A DNA stretch of 61,469 nucleotides, counting the filler, from Choristocarpus tenellus KU-1152 (taxonomy: Eukaryota; Protista; Phaeophyceae): assembly GCA_964200185.2 (NCBI GenBank). It is 10 parts of 10 records of this genome, joined end to end, with 100 filler letters (N's around TTAATTAATTAA, not from the genome) between each part and the next. Parts side by side here need not be neighbours in the genome. Positions count along the whole stretch, not along the records: positions 49,498 to 61,469 come from CAXNAD020002043.1; 9 more parts are not named here. One strand, given 5' to 3'. Shown here one piece after another: positions 49,678-61,469 of the stretch. The position numbers and the translations under genes were made by a program. The first letter of the stretch is position 1, and each line of letters begins with the position of its first letter. The notes beneath the pieces were generated by a model. That model was not told the DNA's origin. It did no database searches and saw only the letters and a list, made by a program, of their open reading frames with translations.

Positions 49678-51098
49678 AATAGAGGATGGAGGAATAAGAA
49701 AATAGGAATGTGCAAAATAATAATAATAATCCAGAATTCGTGAGCAAAACAAAAGCGATACAAGATTGAATATTTTGAATTTGGTTCATAATATTTGGCC
49801 CAAAATAGGGTAACCTACTGTAGTATACTCCATAATTTATTATTTTTGTCAATTCAATCTACACGCAAATCTGAGTAGTGGTCAGAAGGAACAACCTTCT
49901 CAATACGACTGTAAAATAAAAGGACACAGGATATTTATCTTGGTATATTTTTTATATCTCATTTTTTGTGATACGTGGTTCAATGGGTGAGTCGTAATAT
50001 GTGAATATCTCGTTTATGTAGGGTGGAACTTTCACTGGGTGGTGTGGATGTCATCCTGAAGGGTTTGGTCTATGTAAGTAGAAGGGGTCGAATCAAGATC
50101 CCACTTCTGGTGGTAGAGAAGAGAAAAAGAGATGTTTCAAGGTTCCTGGTTGAATATCAGGGAGCCCTTGAGGAGGAAGTTGAAGAGGCCACTGTCTGTC
50201 ATTGTCTACACGGAAGAATCCTGTTGCCATCATCTCCATGACTCAGCACTTTTCAACCACAACGAATTGAGCCAACCAAAGACATATCCTATATGAGTCC
50301 TGTGTATATATCAGCATTCCAATGACACAGGTTTCAAGTCATGAACAGGCAAAGTCATTATGTAAATATTCAATCAAGGATACCCCCAAAACAGAAATAC
50401 TCCTCTTATTCAGATCATTATGGACCTTTTTGGATGATGTATTATTGTAAGTCGAGGATACTACCATATAAGTGTTGATTGATGCATTAGGGCGCCAGCT
50501 CAGATTATATTTATATTTCATGGGATGATTCGACCTGTAGCAAGAGTTTATAGCAACTTGAACAGCTCCAGTCTACCTTGCGGGGCCGAAGCATTTAATC
50601 CAAATTGGGTCAGAAGTACCTTGGTTTCCACGTGGAGTTAGTAGGTCCTCAAACCAACTTCATGACATCCGACTTGCCCCCACGCTTCGAACCGTAATTT
50701 TTTGTTTTCTAACTCGAAAAATTCCAGGATTTGTTCCAGAATTTCTCATAACGTCTTCCCTCCAGAATAATAACTAACTTATACATACTCTGTGGCTACC
50801 TGTTGCAGTTGGAAGGGAGGGTGTTTGAAACACGCATGCATAGATGTGTAGGGGGGTAGGGATATTTTTTTGGCGGACAATTAGCTAAGAAATATACTGC
50901 ATTAATGTATGCAGTATGTTAAAGTCTCCCCCTCTCCACCAACTTGGGAATTGGGAATCGGAACTATACCATAACTTCACATGACTACTATTATATTTTG
51001 CTCCACTTACCTTTTGCAGATGCGTCCTGTTTGTGCTGGGGGAGAGAAAAAACAGAGACTAAATAATGGCGATAAGAATATCCACCACGAAAATCAGA

Positions 51099-51661
51099 TT
51101 GCACAAAATGAAATTCACTATCAAAAAGAAAAAATACAAAAACAAGCAATGCCACCTAAGGTGACAGGCAAGTTCAAACCATCTTCAGCACGGTTGTGGG
51201 CGCTCTGTCACGAAAGAGCAGTCTACCTTAAGCCGTGTTAGCTTCCGTCTATTTCGACCCTTCCCTGGACACTCCCCCCAGAGGATTGAGCAATGGAGGT
51301 AGGTCTTTGTCTGAACGGTGTTGACTTCTATCGCTCGCCCTGTCTGTGGCTAAACCAAGTGGGGATCGAAGCACAGGGTGGGGAACGGGTGTGAATGGTC
51401 GAACGGATTTTTATGCATTGCTTTTTGGAATGAACGAGGTCCTTATTTCGCAGGAACCAAATCAGGTTGTTTGTTTAAGGCAGCGCAGACAGGGGGCGAG
51501 GAGTTAGTTCTGGGTTATAAAACAGGTTGAAGCATCGGTATGAGGGTTGCCAGTATGCTGTTGACAACCTCTTGGTGTGGCAGCAAAGTTTGGTAATGAA
51601 AAACACTAAGAACAGAAATTGGGGAGATAAACTTTCTGATAGTGAATTTCATTTTGCGCAA
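51099..51661. mobile_element. Non-autonomous TIR element D (563 bp), possible 3-bp TSD AGA
   Basis: AGA|TTGCACAAAATGAAATTCACTATCAAAAAG ... CTTTCTGATAGTGAATTTCATTTTGCGCAA|AGA; 30-bp TIR with 2 mismatches. Confidence 0.75.
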
Positions 51662-52604
51662 AGACACTAATCCCTTTCTATTTGAGAACCAAGTATGGTC
51701 TTCTCACTTTCGTTGTAGAACCTGCAAAAATCGGAGAACTTGCAGGACTAGTAGAGGTGACAAATTGAACAAAATTCCGTTAAAATAAAAAATTTAAAAG
51801 TCCGTTGAGACCAAGATAAATTAAATATCTTGATGATTACTTCCCATCATACGTTATTCAATGTGTTAGTAACAATATTGGATTGGCTAGAGACGCATTA
51901 AGATATAACTTTTTTTTCTGAGGTTCTTACAAAAACAGACACGACCACATTTTTGATCCGTCAATTTGTTCGATCATACCCCTTGTTCTCTATTCTTGCA
52001 AAGCGAAATGACGAATGGCGCATAGAACTTGTATTTTGACATTTTTTTATTAGGGTTGAACGGGGAAAAAATAGAGATCCATCTTTATGAAAAAATTGGT
52101 GAATCTATATTTCTCTGTCAACAGTTAGTTGTATAAAGTAAAAAGAGGACTGGAACATAATTCTGATCGAATCGAATGGTTCAACTGATCTTCTTCACGA
52201 TGAACAAATCGATAGAGTATTAGGCTCTTCTTTACAACACATGTATTTGTTATTGATGGGGTTGAAATTATAGATTTTAAATTATACCTAATTTACTATC
52301 ACCCTCCATACACATGATGTTTAAGAATTTCTTACAATTGGGGTTGGATATTGGAATACTCTAGGAAAAACTTGAGTATCGATCACGTCTATTCATTATT
52401 ATAATATTATCCCCTCTAACATTTTCCATATGTGTCACGAGAAAAACTATTCACTTGTCACAAAAACCCTAAAGAAGTAAAAAAATTGTCGCAAATGTGA
52501 AAACACAAGGTATTTGTTATTTCACTACATTCAATCTAAAAACCTCACTCATTACATTTTACACAATATCACCAAAAAGGAAACATAAAAAGAGAGACAG
52601 TAAT

Positions 52605-53030
52605 AGTGTACGTGGACGCACGACAGCGCTCCCACTACGAGAGTTCTTTCGACCCTCGTAGTCATAACCTCAAGACCTTCGATGTGGAAAGTTTTGGGCG
52701 GCTCCGTAAGCAGGCGGAAAGTATTTTTCTAGACGAGTTAGCTACGCACTCACTCGGTAGGGGGGAGAGGGACAGGAGGAGCCTACAGTAGGAAAGGGCT
52801 ATCAAATCCCGTCTACGACAGATAGTCTCTGCCACAGCACTGTAGCAGCCCTATCTACACGTGTCATGCGTTTTATGCTGGAGACACCAGGGAGATGGGC
52901 AAGGAGGGACTTGTTAGATTCTTGGGATGGTTCCCTAGCTCCTCACCCTGGGGTGCAGGACTAAGCTAGGTTGTGAGAGGCACAGGAGGGTAATGGTATA
53001 GCATAATAGCTGGTAGTAAAATAGTAAATG
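52605..53030 (+). mobile_element. 5'-truncated non-LTR retrotransposon of RLE (R2/CRE-like) type, 3' end
   Basis: RSHYESSFDPRSHNLKTFDVESFGRLRKQAESIFLDELATH...IKSRLRQIVS, then a TAA/TAG-rich tail; homologous to 54850-55640. Confidence 0.75.
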
Positions 53031-54849
53031 ATTGGTGTCTATCACATTTACGAAAACTGTTACTTTTAAGAAGTTATTCTGACAGTTGAATTGTTTTCAT
53101 TGTTTTTCCCTCGAAATATCTGGTAAAACGTGAGAGGTGATAATGCTACGTAAAAAAGAGGGACACCATAATAATCAAACCAAGAAAGAAAAATGATGTA
53201 AATACAACCTGTTTTTGGGATAACACCCAGATTTACTTTGAGAGAAGTCAAGTGTGGATGGAGTATAAACTGGCGAAATTCCTGATTGAAGATGGGAATA
53301 AGTCTAAAAAATTGACCGAGGAGGATCCTGAATAGTACAGATATATTCCACCTCAGATTCTTTGGATGAATTGGACAATAGACAAAGATGGTTTGATTTA
53401 CTTTTTTCGAAAATATGAGGTGGAATTTAGACGAAGAACACAGAAAATGTGTAGTAAATGATATTAGCATATTTTAAACCCAGTACTAAAACGACACAAA
53501 ATGCAATGAAGGTAGGAGACAATAGACTAAACGATATGGGGACATCGTATCATAATAATCGAGTTGACTTTCATTTGAAGGTATCCCTCCTCTATATCCT
53601 ATGCGACTGGAGACTTGGCATTCTCTGCCGAATTCACCCCCTGCCCCAAACAACAGGATGACTCAGGGTGAGTGTTTCTGACTTCTTACTGCCACCAACA
53701 CAAGACAGTGAAACCGCGACAGACAATTGTTGACAATGTGAGGTAACGTTAAATGTATAAGAACAAAGCATGGGCAGCAGAGAGGATATCGAATACTCTA
53801 CGACCAATGCTGGCATCTACGGCACAGAACACATACGCACTATCAAGGACGTTACAAAACCACGACCGCACCTATGTTTGCAAGGTTACTGAAGGGTGCC
53901 TAATTCAGGGATCCCAGGAAGCGGAACTGTTTTCTCCTTCCACCTGCAAAGGATGAAGGCAAATATTCTCTAAGAGCAAAGAGATCTTGCCCTCATGCAC
54001 CTACGTAATAATCTACCATGCCGTTCGGTTTGGGCTGGGGCACCCAAGGTTCACCCTTGACTCCTGAGAGTGGAGATTGAGTTGTCACATACTCGATCAA
54101 CCATACTATTCCATTCGGTTGCCGCAAAGCAAGAAACCGTGGCAGAATCAGAATCGCCTTCTGCACTAGGGCACGTAGGACTGACACACGACTAATAGTA
54201 CCTTGCCACAACAAACCACCTACCACATGGTGCCTCCTAGTTGTTGGGAATTTGAAGTGGTGTATCAGATTGTGCAGGAAATATATGTATATAAAAATAA
54301 ATGTATGTAATAGGAAAAAAATCTTGGGGTATATGTAAGGAAGTTCAATCTGCGTATTAGAATCGCAACTGTTCAAGTTATTACGAGGGATAGTACCTCC
54401 ATAGTCCGTTGCATTAATCCAAGTAGCTATGGAGGAGGATTTAAGGCACACCCCCTCAGAAGAGAATAACGTGCCGACTCTCTGCAGCAAAGTCCTAACT
54501 GTTTCCCATGAGGAGTCTAGATATGATTGAAACCACCTTCGCATAATAGAAGTCTGGCATCGGTGGGGTTCAAACCCTAAAGGTTCTTGCAAGGAACTGG
54601 CTCGGTAAGTACTGAGCCACGAGGATGATTTTTTGGTGGGGATGGATCATCGTTTTTATTTCTGGACACATATTTTAGACACACAGTCATAGGATGAATA
54701 ACTGGACAAGTCGATATATATTGTAATTCTAACCTCTGATATTTGGAGATGTTTCAGGGAAAAGTTAAACCGTAATCACAAAGACCCCTTTAAGATAACA
54801 GTTGTCGTTCATGTGAAAGATACCTCTCCAAAAACTATCTTCTGTTTGA

Positions 54850-55640
54850 ATACTAGCTATACTACGATGCTCCCTTAAAGGCTGGTAACTACAACGTAAT
54901 GTTTACACTCCTCCTATACCTCTAATCCTAGCTTCGCCCTACAAAGGTGGGCGAAGAAGAGGTAGGGAAGCATCCAGAGGATTTAGCAGGTCCCTTCTTG
55001 CTTATCTATCTGGGGTCTCTAGCTTGGAATGCATGACGCATCTCGAGAGAACGGCTTGTGCAGTAACGGACAGTATCTGTCATAAGCGAGACTTGACAGG
55101 CCCTTTCCTGGAGTAATCTCACACCCCTCTCCCCCCTACTGCATGTGTAGCCAACTCATCTAAAAACTTCCTGCTTGCTTACCAGGGCGCCCAAAACTTT
55201 CCACAGCATAGTTGTTGAGGTTAAAACTACGAGGGTCAAAAGAACCCTCATGGTGGGTGCGCTTTCATATACCCTAGCTGCAGCAGCACCTACACCATTG
55301 CTGGTGGATGAGTGGGGTGGATGGGAGACTGCTTGCTCTTCTGCAAATGCAACATCCAGGAGGAGTCCTTTGTCCGAACCAGCACCCACAAGTGCCCCCG
55401 CATGGAAGACAACAGACATGCGGAAATTCGGATCAACTGTGAATAAGCTACCATTCTCCACAGTGAAAGGGATGCCCATTCCCGTGCAGAGTTGGTCAAG
55501 GCACTTAACCACTGGTGTGTGCTGGCGCACCTGTCCTCCTGCCCAAGGGCAGGTATGAGCATTTCAGGTGCCGACATCAGGCCTCCTACACCCGGCCACC
55601 AGGCACCTGTTGTATAGGGCCTCCTCCCTCCCTATAGATC
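54850..55640 (-). mobile_element. 5'-truncated RLE-type non-LTR retrotransposon (Zn-knuckle end plus restriction-like endonuclease), frameshifted
   Basis: CPWAGGQVRQHTPVVKCL...GIPFTVE...KGLLLDV...KRTHHEGSFDPRSF...AVESFGRPGKQA...LDELATHA. Confidence 0.8.
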
Positions 55641-58600
55641 CGCTGACAGTGAGTCTAAATTATCTAGGAGGGATCTGGCGTGTTGGTTCCAGTGTTTGTG
55701 TGTGGAGGCCCATACACTGGACCCTTGTCCACACTTGCTACAGTGGCAGGCCAGACCTAGTGAAGAAAGTTTCAAGTTTGATCATTGTGTTGCATGATGG
55801 CGAGTTGTGCAATCTATTAACACTTTTGAAGAATGCCACCTCAACAGGCATCGTTTTTGGGTACTTAAATTCCTTTGCACCCAATACAATCCACAGGGCA
55901 GGCGCGCATCTGTCGGGACTATTTTACTTACTTTGCGCTCAGTACCACCATTGGCAACCATTGTTCTACGTTGGCATTCTGGCACTGTTTGCCACTCTGG
56001 TCGCACCCATTCTTTCCAGTGGGACAAGGCTCCTCTTAAGGTGGAAGAAAGCGGGATTTGTTGACAATCAACCCCCATGAAGCTACGTTTCCAACAAAAA
56101 GGACAATGTGAGGGTTTCGTTCAATGTCTATGTGAGTGCATCGTGCAAGGAACTTCCCTTTATTGGACTTTTCTACTCGTAAGGCACGTTGGTAGGAGAT
56201 GTTGCAGGATCTACACTTGACTCAATGGAACCAGGGGGACCGAGGTGGGAGTGTGGTCTGTGCTCTGTTTCTGTTGGTGCGTTGTTGTTCTGTTCCTCAG
56301 GCGAACATGTATCAGTTAAAGAACCTCGTTCTTTCTCTCTGGGGTGCTTTTCGCAACAATATTCCCCTGTGTGCTTGGTCCCTCCACATCACACGTAATT
56401 CAGTTCGAGCTTTGTTTTCAGCATATCCCACTCGACTATATAACAACAAAAACTCAGACAAATATGTTCCGTCAATGCTGTCGAGTGATGATTCTGTCCG
56501 GTACTTCTGTGTCTCTCTTGCAACAATTACACATGATGGGTCACTGCTAACCTTTTTTGACCAAGATGGTATACTACAGGGTGCAACGGTGTATGTGGGA
56601 AAGATTGGGGAATTACGCTGGGGGGAAAAGAGGGCGGGGAGCTACGTAAATTAGTTACCACTGAGCTCAATCAGTCCCAGGAGAAAAGAACGGTGGGAAG
56701 GGTTATCTAGGCAACCCTGTGAGTGGTACTGGGGGAAAACGAGAAGGAAAACGTTTGCCACAAAGTAGTCACCGTGTTTGAGCAGCAGCAGGAAGAAAGG
56801 AATACGGTGGAAAGCGTGGTGTGTGCCTGGGTAAAAAGTGGAGGAGAGGCTTCATTCACTAGCAGCCATTGTGCCCCAGCAGTAGCAGGAGGAAGATGAT
56901 GAGGTACTCTGCGCCTGGGTAGAAGGGGTCAGTTCTACCTTGGGAGTGTCCGTCCCCTCCTGCCTGTGCAAAAATTGATGGCCGAGCTAAACTTATGCAT
57001 GTAGCTGTTGGACTTTGCATAACTTTGATGTTGAAAGTACCTGTCAGGGAATTCTTAACTTATAGTGGAGGCATGGCAGCCCAGGATTTGCCAGACAGCA
57101 TAAAACAAATCGCAATCTGGGCCAATTATTCTCCCAATAATGAACTAAGACTTCTGGATGATGCTGGATGGCAGGTAAAAGGAAGGAGGGAGTGTTTTAC
57201 GATAGCTTCACGTAACTACCACTTTGTATCTAGTGATAGGTACTGATATATTAATTTGATCAGGAAGTTGAGTATGCGAATTTGGAGGGCTTACACCCAC
57301 AACGAACGCAGGGAGTATATCCAGTCCTTTAATAGTGCAAATAATATACGATGTACCATTGTAACAGGACGAGAAGTTAGGTTAAGTATTAATGGAATCA
57401 ATCAGAGTGCGTATTGCCTCTGTCTACAGATAGCGGGGATAGTTCCCAGAAGATACTATAAAAATGCAAGCAGTGTGTGTAGAAGTTGGAAAAATAATCC
57501 TAGAAATGTGCACCTCTCAAAATTGACGGACTACAATTCTATTGGTAGTGTAAATGGATAGAACCTTTACTTCCGACTTGTCGTTGCTTCAACCCTCAGT
57601 AATATTTGTGAGTCATCGTACCATAACAAGGGATAGTTTATGAAGTGATTTGAGGTTTGTAAACGTGAGAATTCATCGTAGTAGACAAGTAAACCAGGCG
57701 ACCTTATGACAAAGAAAAAGGGGGTATTGAGAGTGGACAAGAGGTTAAAGAGTGGATGATATAAAAGCTGATTTTGGTTTCCAGGTAGTCTATAGAAATG
57801 AGTGGCATTAGGGGGCAGAGGTTGAGGAAGGATAGAAAGAAAGGGCAAAGACAAAGGTTTTGAGGAAGCAGGGCTATAGGTGGGCAGGTTCAAGGCAACC
57901 TCTGAGCAATCTCTTCCACCCGCCCAGCCTCTCTATTGCTCACAACCGAGTTTGGTTTTTGGGGCGGAAGGGAGGTCAAAGTCGAGCGGGACAGATGTGT
58001 TCTAGTTCAAAGGGACAGTATAGGAGTAGATGAAGGTGGAGTGTTTTGGATGTTTATGGGGTGTTCTTGGATGATCGTGGAATGTGATGGAGATCCAAAG
58101 CAATTGAGAAGTACGCATGTTCGAACCCCTTTGCACTTCAAGCCATCTTTCTTACCCTGTCCAATACACTTTTTTATTGCTTTATGTGCACATTTTTGTA
58201 CGGAAAAATAATATTTTCCCTTGCGCATATAAAGTTATACCAAACTTTACCAAAGACTGAAATTGTACAAAAAGTACATGTTTTTTCCCTTTCTCGACAT
58301 CATTAACCTACCTCTGAGTTGGTTTGGGTTTGGATGGAAGTGGAGTGTTTTGGGAGGATTGATGTGGGAGTGGATTTGTGGAAATTGGCGGCATTGGTTT
58401 AGAAGAAGTTGGTGGTGTGATGTTGTTGGTGTGGTATGGAGTGAGTGGTGTGACGTCAGTTGATGAGTAATGAAGTGTAAGGGTAAGAAGAGAGACTAAC
58501 AAAATAATCCCGAATTCGTGACCACCAAAGCACGATAAAGATGGTGTGCGCGGAGTGGTCCTCCATTGACATAGAAGTAACGTACATTATGGAGAGAAGG

Positions 58601-61167
58601 TGTGATGTGGCATATAGTTCAGTGATCGGCAACGTGTTACACCAATTAATTGCAAAGGGAAATTGATGTGATAACATACGTCTGTCTTGGATGGTGTATT
58701 GTATAGATGATGGAATGATGTACGCTTGGTTGTTGAATGTTTGGTTGACTAGATTTGACCATGTGGGCGGTTGGTGATGTGTGAGATCACATGTAGAAGC
58801 TCTGACCTTCGTCGTTGTGTAAGTTGAGCAAACGACTTTGATTAACTGATGCACTGGGAGATGTTGGATTGTGGTGAAGAAGGATAAATGTGAGATACAT
58901 TTTTGGAGCAGATTATGGTGTTACATACATGTAGTGATGATTATAACGGTGTTGACAACACACTATTTACAAAAAGATCACAAAGTTGTTTGGTTGTGCA
59001 TGTTATACTTGTAGGGCAAAACGATATATACTTTGAAGATACTTCAGTAAGTTTTAAGTTAATCGGAAGTGAGCAATTGATCGAAAGTGTTCGATTACGA
59101 TTTAGATTATTTCTGGCTTTGGACGAATGGACTAATTGCTTGATATTGAGTCGTCACGATTTTCAACTTAAACTAAATATCCACATTTTTTATTGGACCT
59201 TTCAACTGAAAGCCTTGAGAAATCTGGATACTCGCTGTCAAACCAACACAATATTATTTTCTATTTCTTAACCTGTATAACATACCGATTCTGCTTTCAG
59301 TCTTCCACTTCCACTACAACCTCAACAAACTTTAAAGTAGTTCGCTCTGGAGCAGAGCTCTGGGTAGCTGAGAAGTAAAACTTGACTCTTGAATGTTGGA
59401 TTGTCCAGAGAAGAACCAAAGAATATTGGAGAGGGTGCGCTAAAACACAGATCATGGTCAGACTTGTCGCATGTCAAGGGCCAATATTGAATGAAGAATG
59501 AAGGGTGTCATTGGCGAGGAGTTGTGGAAACGAAGGATTTATACTATTGTCATCTAAAAGGCCTTGGTGAGTGCTCGTGAAGCAGCATGGGACACCATGC
59601 TCGAGACTGGAAACAGTAGTGTCGAGGGAATGTACCTGACCTGGACTGTCAGGAATTGACGTTGATGCCGTACAATCGTTTCCTAACGCAGGGTAATGGT
59701 TTGTCTACCTGACTGGCTTACACACAGGTTGAAACTTCGCAGCAGGGATTGCGACGCCATAGTTGGTTCAGTTCGTCCATCACAGCTGGTTCCCCCATCT
59801 CTCAAAGGCGATTCTTCGATCAGGGCGTAAGGTGGACTCCCAATTACTTTCCCCTCACACCTGGCAATGGGAGCATCAACTGATCGGAACCAACAGGCTG
59901 GGGGTGGCTCTGGCGAAGTTCATGGGGTGGTCGATGTGTGGGGGAGTTCAAAGGATGTTCAAAATGACCATGTTCAGGTGGGCTTAATAGATTTACACCC
60001 GTAGATTGCTGGAAGGGAGTTGGTTGACGTTAAAAGTATATGTTTCTCCATCCTCTGTGGTCGAGGTGGGTATGAAGCAACTCTACAAAATCAGAGCTAT
60101 AGTGAGGACTTTGTTCAAGGACTGGTTCCGTCCCCTGAACTAGCTGAGCAAGAGGAGATTTAGGTGTCAGGAGTTGGTAAGTCTGTATGTAAGGGGGAGG
60201 ATAGCACAGTACCAAATTACATTCAGTCCATGGACCAGTAGTGTCACTTTCGTTCTGACTGGCCGATATATCTACAAGGGTTGCTGAAGTGGCTGGGGCT
60301 AGTTTTGTTTGCCCACTTCCCTGCTTGATGGAATCACCTGGACTTCCTCCGTGATCGTGAAGTTGAAATTCCCCTCACAAGTAAATGACAGGCATGGCAC
60401 TCAACTCTGTTGAGAAGTTGATTTGTTCATCTCAATTCCCTCTTATCTTTTGGCTTACTGAATAGAATAATTACCCGCCTTCCTAGAGGTCACACCAATT
60501 GTACCTGGGTATTTGATTCGTCATTGAGGGGACCGTGGCAACGATATCTTGTCATAGAATTGTGTTTTTTGACTCCAGGAGTATCTCCTATTCTCGTCCT
60601 AGTTTGCTTGAGCTCTTCGCACCTCGAACGGAGCACAAATAGCTGGCCAATACTTGAGGTGGAGGTAATTTCCTGAGATGTGGTTAAGTAGTTATTTTTG
60701 TGGAACGTGGCTAGATGAAGCTGGCGTTCTTGTCCTTTGTGTGGATAGTGTTGATATGCCTGTAATGGTATCACATAGTGCACGGCACCACAGCAAATAA
60801 GAAACTAAGCCGGCAGACATCAGGCGATGGGCAGCAAAAACGACTATTTATTTTGAGCAGTAGGGGGTAATGGAATGCTCACTGGGTGAGATGGCCAGGT
60901 AGGACCTGGTGATCCACTGCTAGCTTTTTTGCTAACAGCATGGTAGCAAGGAGTGGAGAAGTGTCCATGGTCTCATGCAGTATATTTGAACTCTTTGTAC
61001 AATTCAATCTACGTAGATTGTTCTTCTCAGTACAAATTGCGATTTTTGCTCACTCTGTTGGTGTTGGCATTATCCCTCCCCTGGTATCATAACTGACCAT
61101 GCAGCTATATTTGAACATCGTTTGCACTCATGTATTTACACAATGTACGTTACTATTACCATCCAAG

Positions 61168-61275
61168 GTGAGGGAGACTGGCACTGCAGACGTGGAGCTT
61201 ACAGCAGATGGTTTCTTGCAGCAGATCAATGAGTATGAGTGCATCAAGGATCTGGGGTTGGGGGCAACAGCGGAG
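61168..61275 (+). CDS. Exon of a CaMKK/GRIK(SnAK)-like Ser/Thr kinase (start of kinase domain)
   Basis: aag|GTG...GAG|gtgagg, 108 bp, phase 0-0: VRETGTADVELTADGFLQQINEYECIKDLGLGATAE, matching V.ET...G...INEY.....G.G...V. Confidence 0.72.
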
Positions 61276-61469
61276 GTGAGGCAAGAGGAGAGGGAGGGCT
61301 GGGGGAGTGGGGGTGACAGGGACTCCAACAGGTTACAGAGGGGTGTGTATGAGTAAACAAATACATTCACAGTGAGTTGGGAAGGGCATCAGGACTGGGG
61401 TTTGGTAGTAATTGAAAGGGGATGAACTGGAAAGGTTGAGCGAGACACAAGGTACCTCCAGGTTGAGAG

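Noticed and set aside
1-61469. rRNA, tRNA or prokaryotic operons
   Set aside because: No recognisable conserved RNA gene motifs or operon-like gene density seen

Overview
Eukaryotic, repeat-rich DNA. It is not one locus: ten unrelated short contigs are joined by nine artificial 100-bp spacers (N44-TTAATTAATTAA-N44). Short exons in long introns, a PTOX-like relic and TTAGGG tracts suggest a photosynthetic stramenopile, plausibly a brown alga (inference). Most ORF-track entries are spurious. Supported host coding pieces are exons of a GT49 glycosyltransferase, a CAT-type amino-acid permease, a CaMKK/GRIK-like kinase, two coiled-coil proteins, a terminal exon ending in a PIP-box-like motif, and a PTOX pseudogene. 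The dominant feature is a pair of related non-autonomous DNA transposons: MITE-A (~258 bp, GAG...CTC ends, variable 4-bp TSDs, Sola2-like; 15 copies or fragments plus 2 diverged relatives) and MITE-B (~180 bp, 6 copies or fragments). Both have bipartite ends (AAAGTATCT + spacer + GTCCATTT) with a short and a long spacer, 16 vs 26 bp in MITE-A. Also present are a pogo/Tigger remnant, a decayed Ty3/gypsy element, two RLE-type LINE 3' ends, two copies of an IS630/Tc1-like transposase 5' region, two other TIR elements, minisatellites, five short interstitial TTAGGG tracts (one overwriting a MITE TIR) and an orphan intronless ORF cluster. All family calls come from motif recognition by eye, without database searches.
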